DNA of 64,000 nucleotides from a virus (lineage: Duplodnaviria > Heunggongvirae > Uroviricota > Caudoviricetes). Below are positions 37,822 through 48,893 of this stretch, piece after piece. The notes beneath the pieces are model-generated. The model did not search any database. It saw nothing but the letters and a program-made list of their open reading frames with translations, and was not told the origin of the DNA. Numbering within the stretch: position 1 is the stretch's first letter; each line of letters opens with the position of its first letter. The translations under genes and the position numbers were made by a program. Where the stretch lies: IMG/VR virus record IMGVR_UViG_2541047857_000014; one strand, given 5' to 3'.

Positions 37822-39317
37822 TATGCGGACTCCTCTGAATACTGAAGACGGAACTGGTTAACCACGGCAAAGACACGCAACTGGTTAACATAGTCAGGCG
37901 GGAACAGCGTGTTCAGGCGGTTCGGATCGCTGGCATCACGCTCCACAACCAGGTACTGCTTAAAAAGTTCGTAGTTTTCCACGATCCCCGCACGCTCAAG
38001 CTGACGGTAGGTTGCCAGCAGTTCCCCTTTGATCACCGCCGGGGTGACAATCGCCTGACCGGGACCAAAGCGGGTACCGTCGCTGGCAAGCTTGTGACGC
38101 CCGTACTTACTGGTAATGACGGATTTCAGTTTGCGCAGTACATACGCACTGGTATGCAGCGTCTCGCTGTCGAGGTAGCTGTTATCCGCAACCCCGTAAG
38201 CGTTTTTCCTGTACGTGGTGACATCACGCTGAATGCGCAGTACCCCGCTTTCGACATACGCCGTTGCCACGCCATGAGACAGCAGGGTCTTTTGTTCGGT
38301 CATCGTGAACCGTTTCCCCTTCGGCGCAGGCAGCATACCCACCAGCTCACCGGTCTGCGTGGGACGTGCCGGATCGTTGCGGATAAACACCGCTGCGCGG
38401 GCGGTACGGCTTGCCGCCAGCTCGTCGGCAGGCGTCTGGGTGTCTTTTTCGTACCCCGCCAGGGTAATGTGCTGCTGGTTAAACTGGTCACCTGCGGTCA
38501 CCAGTTCTGACAGCGTGCCGGTCTTTGCCGTATACACATGACCATACAGCTGACGCGCATAGCTCCAGCGACCGCTGGTATCGTTCATCTCGGTCACCAG
38601 CGTGTTAACGGAGGCCGTGTCGTTGAACGGCAGGCCGATATAATCAAACGGCTCATCCGCCATTGCAGCCACAGCGCCGGTGAGAACCGGAGCACCCGTT
38701 CCGGCGGTACCCGTCACCACGGCAATCTGTACGCCCGCTGGCAGCACTTCGCCCCCACCAAAGCCGTAGTAATTGAGGCTGACAGGAATTTCATTCCCGC
38801 AAAGCCCCTTATGACGCGCGGTCAGTGTGACCACGCCTGCCGAAGATGAAGCCGTAAACGGCAGGGTCGGAACGGCATTGATGGCATCCTGGATACTGCT
38901 GGCAATCATCGTAACGTTATCGCCGTTAGTCACCGGTACCTGCACGCGGGTACGTCCCACATACACATTCACCGTGCCGGTTTCGGTTGCCGCCCCGGTC
39001 ACCGTCAGCGTAACCGTTGCCGCCGCGCCTGTGGATTCAGGAACGGCAATCACATACAGCTCGCCAAACGGGTCAGTCTGGCGATAAGCCTCGACCATAC
39101 GCGCCAGCTGACTTCCCGCACCACAAATCTGGCGTGCATAGTCTGCCGACGGCATCAGTACCAGACTGTTGGCAACAATCTCTGCACCGTTATTGGCATG
39201 ACCAATCAGCAGCGATGCTCCGCTGTCCTGTGCAGTATTCGCAGCCTGGTTATCCATTTCCGCATAAAACAGCGGAACCAGCGTATTCGACGGAATGGTG
39301 TTAAAGCTTATCGTCAT
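37821..39317 (-). CDS. contractile tail sheath protein
   Basis: 498-aa ORF, first of the sheath-tube-chaperone-tape measure series. Confidence 0.85.
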   Translation of the reverse strand: MTISFNTIPSNTLVPLFYAEMDNQAANTAQDSGASLLIGHANNGAEIVANSLVLMPSADYARQICGAGSQLARMVEAYRQTDPFGELYVIAVPESTGAAATVTLTVTGAATETGTVNVYVGRTRVQVPVTNGDNVTMIASSIQDAINAVPTLPFTASSSAGVVTLTARHKGLCGNEIPVSLNYYGFGGGEVLPAGVQIAVVTGTAGTGAPVLTGAVAAMADEPFDYIGLPFNDTASVNTLVTEMNDTSGRWSYARQLYGHVYTAKTGTLSELVTAGDQFNQQHITLAGYEKDTQTPADELAASRTARAAVFIRNDPARPTQTGELVGMLPAPKGKRFTMTEQKTLLSHGVATAYVESGVLRIQRDVTTYRKNAYGVADNSYLDSETLHTSAYVLRKLKSVITSKYGRHKLASDGTRFGPGQAIVTPAVIKGELLATYRQLERAGIVENYELFKQYLVVERDASDPNRLNTLFPPDYVNQLRVFAVVNQFRLQYSEESA

Positions 39318-39471
39318 CGGTGTTCACCTTTTTATTCACGCGCCGGATATCACCCGCTGCTTCACGGCGCAGCCAGTAGTTGTTCTCATCAACATTTCGC
39401 CCTTCGGCGGGCAAAAGGTCGCCGCGGGCAGGGTCAGGCACTGACCGCCCTTTAACAGGTTTCACAAACAT
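39301..39471 (-). CDS. small hypothetical protein (56 aa) upstream of sheath gene
   Basis: ATG at about 39471, stop overlaps sheath start; below the 60-aa ORF-track cut-off, found by reading the gap. Confidence 0.35.
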   Translation of the reverse strand: MFVKPVKGRSVPDPARGDLLPAEGRNVDENNYWLRREAAGDIRRVNKKVNTDDDKL

Positions 39472-39479
39472 GATGATCC

Positions 39480-40040
39480 TCAGGAAGGAAGGGGTATTTC
39501 GGTGTGATGTTCGATATCGCCGTCAGACCCGTTACCGGGATCGAGATAATCAACATCAATCGCCAGCGTTCGCAGTTCATCCAGACTGTTCAGGTCATCC
39601 TGCTGGCGGGTATCGTCTTCGGTCAGCTCTCTGATGACCGAAAAATCGAACTGATAAATCAGCTCATGACGATTCAGATCCAGCAGCGTGCCGCCGTCAT
39701 AGGTAATCGGGTTACCGCACGCTTCCGGGTTCCAGCCCAGCAGGGCCTTAAAGAGCATCTGCCGGACATCGTCCACCACATCATACGAGGCAAACTGACC
39801 GCGCTCATCACGTCCGTTACTCAGTATGACAACCACGGAGAAGCCCTCTTTCAGCTCCTGCCAGTAGTCGGTCTGGCTTTTGTTTTCTCCCGGAGAGTCA
39901 TCACCCGGTACCACATATGCCGCCGGGAGTCTCAGCTTTCCGACCTCCGGCAGATTTTTGAACTGTGCCGCGCCTGCCACCCGGTTTTCAAAATACGGGC
40001 AGCGGGCACGCAGCGCAGCAATAACAGGCGTCAGTTTCAT
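39480..40040 (-). CDS. hypothetical virion protein (neck/tail region)
   Basis: 186-aa ORF in head-tail joining gene block. Confidence 0.45.
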   Translation of the reverse strand: MKLTPVIAALRARCPYFENRVAGAAQFKNLPEVGKLRLPAAYVVPGDDSPGENKSQTDYWQELKEGFSVVVILSNGRDERGQFASYDVVDDVRQMLFKALLGWNPEACGNPITYDGGTLLDLNRHELIYQFDFSVIRELTEDDTRQQDDLNSLDELRTLAIDVDYLDPGNGSDGDIEHHTEIPLPS

Positions 40041-40543
40041 CTGCGTCGTCGCTCCGGCTTCAGTGATTTACGTAATTCCCGCGCCAGAAAATAGCGTGTC
40101 CAGCTGCGGTTCTTTTCAAGCGTTTCCACCATAAAGTTATTACGTGGAGCCAGTCGCCAGCCGCTGCCACCGGATGCACCACGATGATGGCTGCGACGAC
40201 GCTTTGCCCCTCGCCTCACGCCATAGAACAAAAAAGCCGGATAAAAATCACCGGTGATACGGCGGTTTCCCTCTCCATTACGCTGGTTAGGGGCTATACG
40301 TGCCATAAAACCAGGGCGATGTTTACTGGCTCTGGGTACCATGTAACCAATCGAACGAGCCAGGCGTCCGGTCTGATAACCGGGGTTTTCACCCGGTGCC
40401 GACCGCGCACGGCGCATCACCAGCCGACGGGCATCACGCATATGACGCTGACCAATCGTGACAAACGCCCGCCGGACACGGGCGCGGTTAAAGCGCATCT
40501 CCGCGGGCTGCTGAAAATCAACGTGCAAAAAGGAAGTCGTCAT
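40037..40543 (-). CDS. hypothetical virion morphogenesis protein (Arg-rich)
   Basis: 168-aa ORF, overlapping neighbours by 4 nt. Confidence 0.4.
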   Translation of the reverse strand: MTTSFLHVDFQQPAEMRFNRARVRRAFVTIGQRHMRDARRLVMRRARSAPGENPGYQTGRLARSIGYMVPRASKHRPGFMARIAPNQRNGEGNRRITGDFYPAFLFYGVRRGAKRRRSHHRGASGGSGWRLAPRNNFMVETLEKNRSWTRYFLARELRKSLKPERRRR

Positions 40544-40928
40544 TGTTGCCTCCGTGACTCTGCCTACATTCGCCCAGCTCCGTACACTCCAGCAGCAGAA
40601 AGCGCCGCGCCCCGTTCAGATCGCGCTGACGTTTCACCCGGTACACACTGTCACCGCAGACCACCTCATAATCAGCGGTAATCCCCCGGCGGTAACGAAT
40701 GGTGATGTAATGGGTGATGGCGTCCCCGGTCTGCGCGGTTTCCTGCCAGGTGGTGGCACTGGTCTGGATAACCTTCGCCCATGTCCGGAACGTAATCAGG
40801 TATTGAGGCTCCACGCCAAAGTTATCCGCGGGCATATCCACCCGCAGGCGGATCAGGACGCGTTTATTCAGTTCACCGGGGTCCGGCAGAATGTAGGTTG
40901 CGCTGGTCTGCGCCTGACGAATTTTCAT
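40518..40928 (-). CDS. putative head-tail adaptor / head closure protein
   Basis: 136-aa ORF between connector-like gene and neck genes. Confidence 0.4.
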   Translation of the reverse strand: MKIRQAQTSATYILPDPGELNKRVLIRLRVDMPADNFGVEPQYLITFRTWAKVIQTSATTWQETAQTGDAITHYITIRYRRGITADYEVVCGDSVYRVKRQRDLNGARRFLLLECTELGECRQSHGGNNDDFLFAR

Positions 40929-41248
40929 TGCGGAAAGTACCTGTACGGGCCGACAAGCCAGCCAAAACTCTGCGGCATGTCGAGTTTCTCCACTTCCGTA
41001 ACCGACGAGCGGTTTTCGTAAAAATGGCTGATAAGCATCAGCATCCCCAGACGAATATCATCCGGCAGGTGCAGCCCGTCCGGATCGCTGTCCGGAATGG
41101 TTTCATCCGGTGCATAGAGCTTCCGGTTCAGATACGTTTCCGTCCGCTTTTGTGCCGCACAGGCCAGCAGTTGCAGATGGCGGTCATCAGCATCGAAATC
41201 CTCATCCAGCCGGAGTTGGGCTTTAATCTCTTCCATTGTCAGAAGCAT
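40925..41248 (-). CDS. head-tail connector protein (gp6-like)
   Basis: 107-aa ORF MLLTMEEIKAQLRLDEDFDADDRHLQLLACAAQKRTETYLNRKL typical of gp6-like connectors. Confidence 0.55.
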   Translation of the reverse strand: MLLTMEEIKAQLRLDEDFDADDRHLQLLACAAQKRTETYLNRKLYAPDETIPDSDPDGLHLPDDIRLGMLMLISHFYENRSSVTEVEKLDMPQSFGWLVGPYRYFPQ

Positions 41249-41250
41249 AC

Positions 41251-41451
41251 TCAGCCCTCTTTACTGGTCGTGGCTTTTTTCTCTTTTGCCGCTTTACTGC
41301 TTTTTGCACTGATTCCGCGCTCTGCTAACCCGGCCTGAAGTGCAATCTCCTGCACCCGGGCAGGAAGCGCCCCATCGTCATACTCACCGGCCCGAATGAC
41401 CTCAACACGCATACCGTCCGGTGACCATTTCAGATCTTGTTTCAGGATCAT
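41251..41451 (-). CDS. small hypothetical head protein
   Basis: 66-aa Lys/Ala-rich ORF just downstream of major capsid gene. Confidence 0.4.
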   Translation of the reverse strand: MILKQDLKWSPDGMRVEVIRAGEYDDGALPARVQEIALQAGLAERGISAKSSKAAKEKKATTSKEG

Positions 41452-41500
41452 GATTCTTCACCCGTCAGAACAGGGGGCGCGGTTCCGCGCCCCTGAGTGA

Positions 41501-42706
41501 TTACGCCGCTGCAATCTTCAGCAGTTTGATGGCCTGCGAATCGACCAGCATCCCGCCGGTGCGCTTGGTGGTATAAAAACCGACAAACGGTTTATTGGTG
41601 TACGGGTCACGCAGAATGCGGGTGCCGATACGGTCAACGATGGTGTAACCCCGTTTGAAGTTACCAAATGCAATGGCTTTCGCATCAGCGGCGATATCCG
41701 GCATCTGTTCGTTTTCAGCGATACCGTAACCCGCCAGAGAGGACGGCTGCCCCAGTTCCAGCCCCGGACGCCACAGATAGTTACCCTCGCTGTCTTTAAG
41801 CAGACGGATGGCAAACAGGCTGTTGTTGTTCATCATGAACTTCGCGCCAGTGCGGTGTGCCTTACGCAGCGTGTAAATCAGTTTGATAATGGCGTCTGCG
41901 GTCACCGCCGTCGCTTCGCCGGATACAATATGCTGAAGTTTGCCGAACGCCCGGACCTTATCGGTTTCATCAGTGGATTCATACGCCAGGAACCCTTTCG
42001 GCTTCTTGGTACCATCGCCGGTGGTAAAGGCAATTTCTTCCTGTTCGGCAAATTCGGTTGCCAGCTCGCTGTTGATCCATGCTTCCACGTTGAAAAAGGC
42101 ATCATCCAGCATTTTCTGGGTGGCCTGCGGGTTACCGTAGATTTCCCCCATGAAAGGTTCAATCAGGCCCAGTTTTGAGGTGGCAGTCTGGGAGCGCGCG
42201 TCAGTCTCGCCAACCCATCCGGAAGCCGTGCCGCCCAGATTCACCAGTTTTTTGTAGTCGGAACCACCAACGGTGATCACCGTGGCTTCCTGGCGCATCA
42301 CCACTTCATCTTTCAGCAGGGTGAGAATGTTGCGATCCAGTGCTTCCGGCACGGCATAGCCGCCGTCTTCATCGGTGCCCACCTGCAATGCCTTGCGCTC
42401 CAGATCGCGCAGACCATCTTCACGGCCTTTACGCAGGAAGCCCACAAACGCTTCTTTATGCTCGGTGGCCAGTTTATTTTGCGCACCACCTGCCGGACGT
42501 TTCAGCTCAAGCAGCTCTTTTTCAAGATCGCTTTTGAGGTTTTCCAGCTCGCTGAGTTTCCCGTTCAGGGTTTCCACCTGCCCGGCAAGTTTGCCTTTTT
42601 CCTGCTCAATCGCATCCACGCGCTTGTCGTTCTTTGCTTTGAAGTCGTCAAACTTCTGCTGCAGCTCCTGCGCGACCTGTTCGACATCTTTAATATCAAC
42701 CGCCAT
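41501..42706 (-). CDS. major capsid protein (HK97 family)
   Basis: 401-aa ORF downstream of prohead protease with N-terminal coiled-coil delta-like region. Confidence 0.8.
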   Translation of the reverse strand: MAVDIKDVEQVAQELQQKFDDFKAKNDKRVDAIEQEKGKLAGQVETLNGKLSELENLKSDLEKELLELKRPAGGAQNKLATEHKEAFVGFLRKGREDGLRDLERKALQVGTDEDGGYAVPEALDRNILTLLKDEVVMRQEATVITVGGSDYKKLVNLGGTASGWVGETDARSQTATSKLGLIEPFMGEIYGNPQATQKMLDDAFFNVEAWINSELATEFAEQEEIAFTTGDGTKKPKGFLAYESTDETDKVRAFGKLQHIVSGEATAVTADAIIKLIYTLRKAHRTGAKFMMNNNSLFAIRLLKDSEGNYLWRPGLELGQPSSLAGYGIAENEQMPDIAADAKAIAFGNFKRGYTIVDRIGTRILRDPYTNKPFVGFYTTKRTGGMLVDSQAIKLLKIAAA

Positions 42707-42720
42707 CGTATTTCTCCTGA

Positions 42721-43407
42721 TTAGAAGTTCAGATTTTTCAGTGCATTCAGTGCAGAGCCCACATCCTCAGCGTCGCGCAGGGACAGTGCGCCATAGCCCC
42801 CGGCCATGAATGCTTTGGCCTGGGTACGGGAGAGTCCGACATCACGCAGGACTCTTTCGATTTTTTTCTGTTCGGGGATTTCCCCGCGGGCCAGTGCGTT
42901 CTTGACGTCGCTGATCCGCGCCTCGTCGTTAGACGGGAACGTCACCAGGCTGACTTCCCAGAGGTCGATTTCTTTCAGCAGAAAGGCTTCTTTGCTCCGG
43001 TCGTATTCCCAGTCTTTCAGGACGTACCCAATAGAAAGGCCGGTTAACGAACCGGCCTTCATGTGTGCATGTGCGCGTTTTGCGAGGGGATCATCATCAA
43101 TAAGCAACCGTCCCCTGACGTAAAGCCCGACATCGTCTTCCTTCATTTCGGTGTAAACACCGATGGGTTCATCCATGCGGTGCTGCCAGAGCAGCGCAGG
43201 TAACGCTTTTCTGTCACTCCACGCCCGCAGGGAAGCAGCAAATGCCCCGGACATCACCACATCATCGTGGCTGTCCTTTACACCAAAGACGGAGCCATAC
43301 CCTTCAAACTCACCGGAGTCACTGACAGATTTCAGACTCAGCGGTACATCAAGACGTTGTTTCGTCTGCATTGGCGTTATCCTTCTGCTTACCGGCTTTA
43401 CTGCCAT
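42721..43407 (-). CDS. prohead protease (HK97 family)
   Basis: 228-aa ORF between portal and capsid genes. Confidence 0.75.
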   Translation of the reverse strand: MAVKPVSRRITPMQTKQRLDVPLSLKSVSDSGEFEGYGSVFGVKDSHDDVVMSGAFAASLRAWSDRKALPALLWQHRMDEPIGVYTEMKEDDVGLYVRGRLLIDDDPLAKRAHAHMKAGSLTGLSIGYVLKDWEYDRSKEAFLLKEIDLWEVSLVTFPSNDEARISDVKNALARGEIPEQKKIERVLRDVGLSRTQAKAFMAGGYGALSLRDAEDVGSALNALKNLNF

Positions 43408-44590
43408 CGGAGGGTTTCGTGGTCATGTTCATCGGTGTGAGATAGACATCCCCACCGGGACGGGGATTCATATCTTCCAGGTCGCGGCAGTCATTGGGAG
43501 AGTAAATTCCCCAGTTAATCCCGGTGGCGTAGGCTTCAAAACGGGACTTCATATCCCCGCGCAGTAACGCCCCGGCGTTAAATTTGGCGTAATAAACGCC
43601 CTGCTTACTTTTTCGAACCAGTCCGGTGTTGATCCGCTGCTCGATGCGGGTCAGATACGGCACCAGTGAATAGTTGATAAATCCCAGCCCCAGCTCTTCA
43701 ATATTGTTGAAGGTGGCGCGATCGGTGTTCTGCACCATGTGCAACGGCACCCGGAACAGACGACAGATTTCTTCAAGCTGAAACTTGCGGGTTTCCAGGA
43801 ACTGGCTGTCCTCGGCGTTCAGCGCCATCGACTTCCAGTCCAGCCCCATCTCAAGGATCATCGGGCGGTGAGCATTACCAAGCCCGGTGTGACGCTCCTC
43901 AAAATCTTTCTTCAGGCGCTCGTAAGCCTGATCTGACAGCGTCTGCTCTGTACGCAACACACCCGACGTCACCGCACCATTGCTGAACAGTCTGGCCCCG
44001 TGCTCTTCGGTCGCAGCTGCCAGCGATATTGCCTCGCGGGCATAGGCGATGGGATTCAGCCCCACCAGACCGTCCAGCGTCAGCGTGCGCACATGCCAGA
44101 TATCTTCCTGGCTCAGCACATCCGTGGAGCCGTCCGAGAATGTGACCTGATAGACCGGCTCCCAGCTACTGTTAAGCTTCGGTACCACACAGCCAGGATC
44201 GACGGGCAGCAGTTCAGCCACTTCGCCAAATGCTTTCACTTTGTAGGCGTAAAAGTTTCCCCGCAGGCACAGACAGGTGACCACCAGCTCCCAGAACTCC
44301 TGCGGCGTCATATAGCCATTGGGATGCGTGGAGATCAGCTTATGCAGACGTTCGCCGGTGGCCCTCTGTTTCAGGCTGCCGTTCAGGTGATACAGATTGC
44401 AGGGCAACATCCCGACCGACTCTGCCAGCACCCTGACGCAGGAAAAAACCGCCGTCAGTCGCATGGCCCGCTGGCTGCTGATCTGCTTTCCGGTATAGGT
44501 GTCGTATGACAGCCCGATAGCCTCCGCCAGCTCTGCTGGCGTGGTCACCGGCGCGTCACTTTTTCGTTGAAATAATCCCGAAAAGAACAC
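43349..44590 (-). CDS. portal protein (HK97 family)
   Basis: 413-aa ORF downstream of large terminase. Confidence 0.8.
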   Translation of the reverse strand: MFFSGLFQRKSDAPVTTPAELAEAIGLSYDTYTGKQISSQRAMRLTAVFSCVRVLAESVGMLPCNLYHLNGSLKQRATGERLHKLISTHPNGYMTPQEFWELVVTCLCLRGNFYAYKVKAFGEVAELLPVDPGCVVPKLNSSWEPVYQVTFSDGSTDVLSQEDIWHVRTLTLDGLVGLNPIAYAREAISLAAATEEHGARLFSNGAVTSGVLRTEQTLSDQAYERLKKDFEERHTGLGNAHRPMILEMGLDWKSMALNAEDSQFLETRKFQLEEICRLFRVPLHMVQNTDRATFNNIEELGLGFINYSLVPYLTRIEQRINTGLVRKSKQGVYYAKFNAGALLRGDMKSRFEAYATGINWGIYSPNDCRDLEDMNPRPGGDVYLTPMNMTTKPSDGSKAGKQKDNANADETTS

Positions 44591-44772
44591 TATTTACCTC
44601 CGCCGACAGACAGCTGTGTACGATCGAGATATCGCGCCACCAGCCACGACCAGAACAGGCACAGCGCCCCGGCAACAACAAAACCCGCCGGGGGATAAAT
44701 CAGCCAGGCACCATATGCCAGCAAAAGCGCACCCAGCACGCCCACCAGAGGCGCGAGAATCAGCATGATCAT
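44590..44772 (-). CDS. small hydrophobic protein
   Basis: 60-aa two-TM ORF between terminase and portal. Confidence 0.35.
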   Translation of the reverse strand: MIMLILAPLVGVLGALLLAYGAWLIYPPAGFVVAGALCLFWSWLVARYLDRTQLSVGGGK

Positions 44773-44783
44773 AATTACCTCAG

Positions 44784-46517
44784 TTAAAGCGAGCGGATCC
44801 CGTAGGACTCAATGTGGTCAGACAGCGTGTCTTCTTTCTCGTACAACATGGCTCTGCCAACCGCCATAATCAGCGCAACTGCACCATCGATTTTGTTTTC
44901 CGCCTGCTCTTTGACGGGTTTCACCACATCATCGTTACCCGGAATGGTTTTGCCGACCACGTTGCCGATACACCAGGTCATGATGGGATTGCCATCATGA
45001 TGAAAGCGCCCCGATTCAATTGCCGCTTCCAGCTCTTTCATCGGGTCGGACATGTTGGTGTAGTTCTGAATGATAGTGATGGGGTTCAGGTCTTCATCAG
45101 CAAGGTCATGTGACAACCCGGTCGCCCCGAAGGGGTCGATGGGTGACTCACTGACCGGGCTGATTTTGTTCGCCGCTTTGGCCTCCTCGAGGATGTAGCG
45201 ATAATCCACCTCCGCACCATCGGTAACGGTCAGAACGCCCATTTCCACCCATTTCTGAAAGCGTTCGGCTGTCCGTCGATCTTCATTTTTCTCGACGCTG
45301 TACACCGTGTCATACGGTACCCAGAAACGCGGGGCCACACTGTAGTAATGCGTTTTACCGTCAATCTCGCGGGTATAAAGTCGCGCCATGCTGTTCATAT
45401 CCAGCTTACGCGCCAGGTCAAAGGCCAGAATGCACGGCTGCCCCTCGAACTGCTCAAGGGTCAGTGATTTATCCTCGCAGCTCTGCCAGCTCACCAGGTT
45501 GAAATACGCCGAACGCGCCGACACCCAGATATTGAGGTGTTTTGTTTTAAAGACGTTTGCCAGACGGGCGTTATTTTTCGCACGCTGCTGCTGACTTAAC
45601 AAAAATTCGCGATAAACCGACACGCCAATATTTGGATTGGCTTTTTCCAGCACCTGCGGGTCGGTCCAGTCGTCACCTTCATCAACGGTATAGATGATCC
45701 CGAACAGTTCATCGTTAGGCACCGAGCCATTGAGCATCTCGATGACTTCCCGCCGCTTGTCGTAGCACGGCCCCTCAATGTTGTACCCGGCGGTGGTGAT
45801 AGCCCACATCAGTGGCTGACGTCGCGCCCCCATCCCGGTAAGCATCGTGGTGTAAAGCGCATCGGTGGCGTGCTCGTGATATTCATCCACCACCGCACAG
45901 TGGGGTGATGAACCATCACCGGGGTTACCGATCAGCGGTTCAAACCGCGCGCCATCCTCCGGACGGTTCATGTTTGAGGCGTTAACCTCAATCCCGAACG
46001 CTTCCGTCAGCATGGGTGTGCGTTTACACATCAGTCGAGCCGGGCGAAAGACTTCCCACGCCTGTTTCTCTGTCGTGGCACCGGAATACACTTCCGCGCC
46101 AAACTCGTTATCACAGGCAAAACAATACAGGGCAACACCGGCAGAGATTGCCGATTTGCCGTTCTTACGGGGGATTTCGGTATACACCTCCCGGAAGCGG
46201 CGCAGCCGGGAGCCTTTATTGACCCAGCCAAACGCGCAGCAGATCACAAAGAGCTGCCACGGCTCCAGCGTGATGGGCATCCTCTTAAATGCCCACTCAC
46301 CCTTGGTGTGCGGCAACAGCTGAATAAATTTGGCGGCCCGTTCAGCCAGGTCCTTGTCGAAGCGGTAACGAAACGACTTACTTTTTTCCGCCATCAGGTC
46401 ATCAAGATGGCGCTGGCAGGCCTGAATCACAAACTGGCAGGCCACAATCTTTCCGCGCACGACATCCCGGGCATACTGATTGGCAGCATTTACGTTGGGG
46501 TAAGATTTCCGGCTCAT
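44784..46517 (-). CDS. terminase large subunit
   Basis: 577-aa ORF, overlaps small subunit stop. Confidence 0.85.
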   Translation of the reverse strand: MSRKSYPNVNAANQYARDVVRGKIVACQFVIQACQRHLDDLMAEKSKSFRYRFDKDLAERAAKFIQLLPHTKGEWAFKRMPITLEPWQLFVICCAFGWVNKGSRLRRFREVYTEIPRKNGKSAISAGVALYCFACDNEFGAEVYSGATTEKQAWEVFRPARLMCKRTPMLTEAFGIEVNASNMNRPEDGARFEPLIGNPGDGSSPHCAVVDEYHEHATDALYTTMLTGMGARRQPLMWAITTAGYNIEGPCYDKRREVIEMLNGSVPNDELFGIIYTVDEGDDWTDPQVLEKANPNIGVSVYREFLLSQQQRAKNNARLANVFKTKHLNIWVSARSAYFNLVSWQSCEDKSLTLEQFEGQPCILAFDLARKLDMNSMARLYTREIDGKTHYYSVAPRFWVPYDTVYSVEKNEDRRTAERFQKWVEMGVLTVTDGAEVDYRYILEEAKAANKISPVSESPIDPFGATGLSHDLADEDLNPITIIQNYTNMSDPMKELEAAIESGRFHHDGNPIMTWCIGNVVGKTIPGNDDVVKPVKEQAENKIDGAVALIMAVGRAMLYEKEDTLSDHIESYGIRSL

Positions 46518-47017
46518 GATTCGATGATTTTCAGAAACGGGTTAGTGGCTTTCTTCTGCCCCGCCAGGCCAATCAGACGCTGACGGCTGCTGGGGTCGAG
46601 TCCGAGCATTGCCCCCGTGCTGCTCATCTCGGACTCCTGTTCTTTTTTGGCTGTCAGCTCCGGATTTTTGACCCTGCCGCCCATTGCGCCGGTGATGGTA
46701 TTGCCCTGTATGGCAATATTTTTCACAGCACGTCGCCAGAACTCATAGGCCACGCACCACCGCTCAAGCACCGCGAGGTCAGTCACGCACAGCAGGCCCT
46801 GACCGCAGAGTTCTTTGGTTGTCAGTTGCCACATGATCGTGGCGAGAGGGAGATCTTCTTCAGCGAACCACTCCGGTGGCTCAACACCTTTGATGGGCGT
46901 AAAAACAGGTTCATCTTTGTTCAGGGCTCGCTTGCCGGGGTTTCCGGCCAGCGCCTTGCGCGCCGTTGGCTTGGGGCGACGCCCGGAACGCCCCGCCGTT
47001 CCAGCCATATGCGGCAC
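46514..47017 (-). CDS. terminase small subunit (P27 family)
   Basis: 167-aa ORF with basic N-terminus [27 protein letters not shown] typical of P27-type small terminases. Confidence 0.75.
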   Translation of the reverse strand: MPHMAGTAGRSGRRPKPTARKALAGNPGKRALNKDEPVFTPIKGVEPPEWFAEEDLPLATIMWQLTTKELCGQGLLCVTDLAVLERWCVAYEFWRRAVKNIAIQGNTITGAMGGRVKNPELTAKKEQESEMSSTGAMLGLDPSSRQRLIGLAGQKKATNPFLKIIES

Positions 47018-47133
47018 TCCTGGTTAAATTTCATTTTTCGCGGGTATAAAAAAACGATGGGGCGGGCAGTCCGGAAGACGTCAGGTCACAGGGATTTGAC
47101 CCGCCCCTCCCCTCAGAAAGTTGAGAATTATTA

Positions 47134-47484
47134 TCACTTCAGTCGTTCACGGGCCGTCTTCGCCTTATGACACGGCCAGCACAGGCTCTGCAGATTGCAG
47201 TCTGCATCAGTGCCGCCATGCGCTTTAGGGATGATGTGGTCAACGGTTTTCGCCTCACGCACCACACCGACATGCAGGCACAACTGACACAGGCCTTTGT
47301 CACGCTTCAGCACGCGCGCGCGGATAACATCCCACTTCGAACCGTAGCCGCGCTGGTGACGGGATTGTCCTGGCTTGTATTGTTTCCAGCCTTCGCTTTT
47401 GTGGCTTTCACAATAGCCTGACGGATCAGTGGTGGTTTGGCGGCAGCCGCGAACGCGGCAGGCTTTTGGGGTTCGTGGGGGCAT
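47134..47484 (-). CDS. HNH endonuclease (terminase-associated)
   Basis: 116-aa ORF with CxxC...HIIPKAHGGTD...CWPCH motifs, directly upstream of terminase genes. Confidence 0.8.
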   Translation of the reverse strand: MPPRTPKACRVRGCRQTTTDPSGYCESHKSEGWKQYKPGQSRHQRGYGSKWDVIRARVLKRDKGLCQLCLHVGVVREAKTVDHIIPKAHGGTDADCNLQSLCWPCHKAKTARERLK

Positions 47485-47586
47485 TTAAAGTGGGATCTAA
47501 CTCTAATAATTTAAAAAATTTAATTGGGTCTTGATATTAATCACATAGACTCAATGCTCTTTAGTTCTTACATAGGTGGTTGTATT

Positions 47587-48027
47587 ATGAGTATCCCCAG
47601 TTTAGATGTTCATAAAGTTGTTAAGTGCGCAGAGCATAAAAAGGCTTTAGATGCAATATCTCTCAAACTTAAGAATAACATTATTGACTCAAGCTCTGAA
47701 TACGATTTTCTTGGCGACACAATAATTTTCAATAAAGATAAAAAAAATAGGTTAACCCTCAAACTTTCAACATATGAACTAGAACTTATTTTCAAAGAAA
47801 CACTGCTAGTCATTGATGAAGCTCCTGTATTGAAGTTTGCTGCCATTGACCCAACCGATGAAAATAACAACGAGCTGATTGATTTATTTTTATCCAAAGG
47901 TGGATTTATTTATATTAGAGAATACAAATCCGAGCCACATTATGAGTATGGCGACACTTCTCTATTTTTACATATACTTGACGCTACTCTTAAAGAGCTT
48001 AAATCTGCAAACAAAATATCCTATTAA
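47587..48027 (+). CDS. hypothetical protein, AT-rich cargo gene
   Basis: ATG at 47587 preceded by AGGTGG; very AT-rich; antisense to the surrounding late operon. Confidence 0.5.
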   Translation: MSIPSLDVHKVVKCAEHKKALDAISLKLKNNIIDSSSEYDFLGDTIIFNKDKKNRLTLKLSTYELELIFKETLLVIDEAPVLKFAAIDPTDENNNELIDLFLSKGGFIYIREYKSEPHYEYGDTSLFLHILDATLKELKSANKISY

Positions 48028-48133
48028 ATAAATTTTTGCTAACATAGCCCCGCGCCATGACAAGATTTTCTGTTCTAGATGCAAGGGCTATGTGTGAATA
48101 TCTATAAACAAAAACCCCATCCGGTGATTTTTG

Positions 48134-48385
48134 TCATTTTTTAGCCATCTCAATTGCGGCATCAAAAAGTCGTTCAAGAATAAAATCAGGGTACTGTAAT
48201 TTTTCTTGCTCGATATGAAGCTCATAAATTTTCCCTTCCCACTCCCATTTAAAATTAAATCCAGAAGCAGAAGGTGCGAAATGTGTTTTAGCTTTAGGGT
48301 TAGCGTAACCAGCAACAGTCAACACATCAAACTTAAAATCTTGAGGTTTAATACGCATAATCATATCCTTTGCCAAGTTCATCAT
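48134..48385 (-). CDS. hypothetical small protein, AT-rich cargo gene
   Basis: 74-83 aa ORF (internal ATG with AAGGA RBS likely true start), convergent with 47587-48027. Confidence 0.4.
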   Translation of the reverse strand: MMNLAKDMIMRIKPQDFKFDVLTVAGYANPKAKTHFAPSASGFNFKWEWEGKIYELHIEQEKLQYPDFILERLFDAAIEMAKK

Positions 48386-48455
48386 TATTCTTCTCGATTA
48401 TAAAACAATGAATAAAATCATTAAAGCATAGACGTTAAATATCCTCAAAATGTGA

Positions 48456-48893
48456 TTAGTTGGGACATTGCGTCCTGATATACTCCTGCAAGTAATTGAC
48501 CTGTGAGGTTATCTTGTCGATTCCACTTCGGAGACGGTAATAATGGAGTTCAGCATCTGCTGTAAGTCTAGGGCTTTCTCCATCGCCCATGCCGCTGGCT
48601 CCGGTCGTTGACTTTGTACAGGTGGCGGCGACTTGCAGGCGCTTATGCCCAGCAGAAACATCAGCACGAAGACTTTCGATAGTCGCATTAGCATCAGCAA
48701 GCTCCTTTGTATATCTGGCATCGAGTTCAGCTACATTACGTTGACGCTTCTGCATATCAGCGATGATGGATGTGGCTTTATCGCGCTGTACTTTGTAGAC
48801 GATGGCGTCATCACGGTAATTATCAACAGCCCATGACAAGCAGACGATGATGCAGATAACCAGAGCGGATATAATCACCGTTACTCTGCTCAT
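48456..48893 (-). CDS. Rz-like inner-membrane spanin
   Basis: 145-aa ORF with N-terminal TM and coiled-coil body, immediately downstream of endolysin. Confidence 0.7.
   Translation of the reverse strand: MSRVTVIISALVICIIVCLSWAVDNYRDDAIVYKVQRDKATSIIADMQKRQRNVAELDARYTKELADANATIESLRADVSAGHKRLQVAATCTKSTTGASGMGDGESPRLTADAELHYYRLRSGIDKITSQVNYLQEYIRTQCPN
48509..48688 (-). CDS. Rz1-like outer-membrane spanin lipoprotein, embedded in Rz
   Basis: Out-of-frame ORF within Rz; [18 protein letters not shown] lipobox then Pro-rich tail. Confidence 0.6.
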   Translation of the reverse strand: MRLSKVFVLMFLLGISACKSPPPVQSQRPEPAAWAMEKALDLQQMLNSIITVSEVESTR

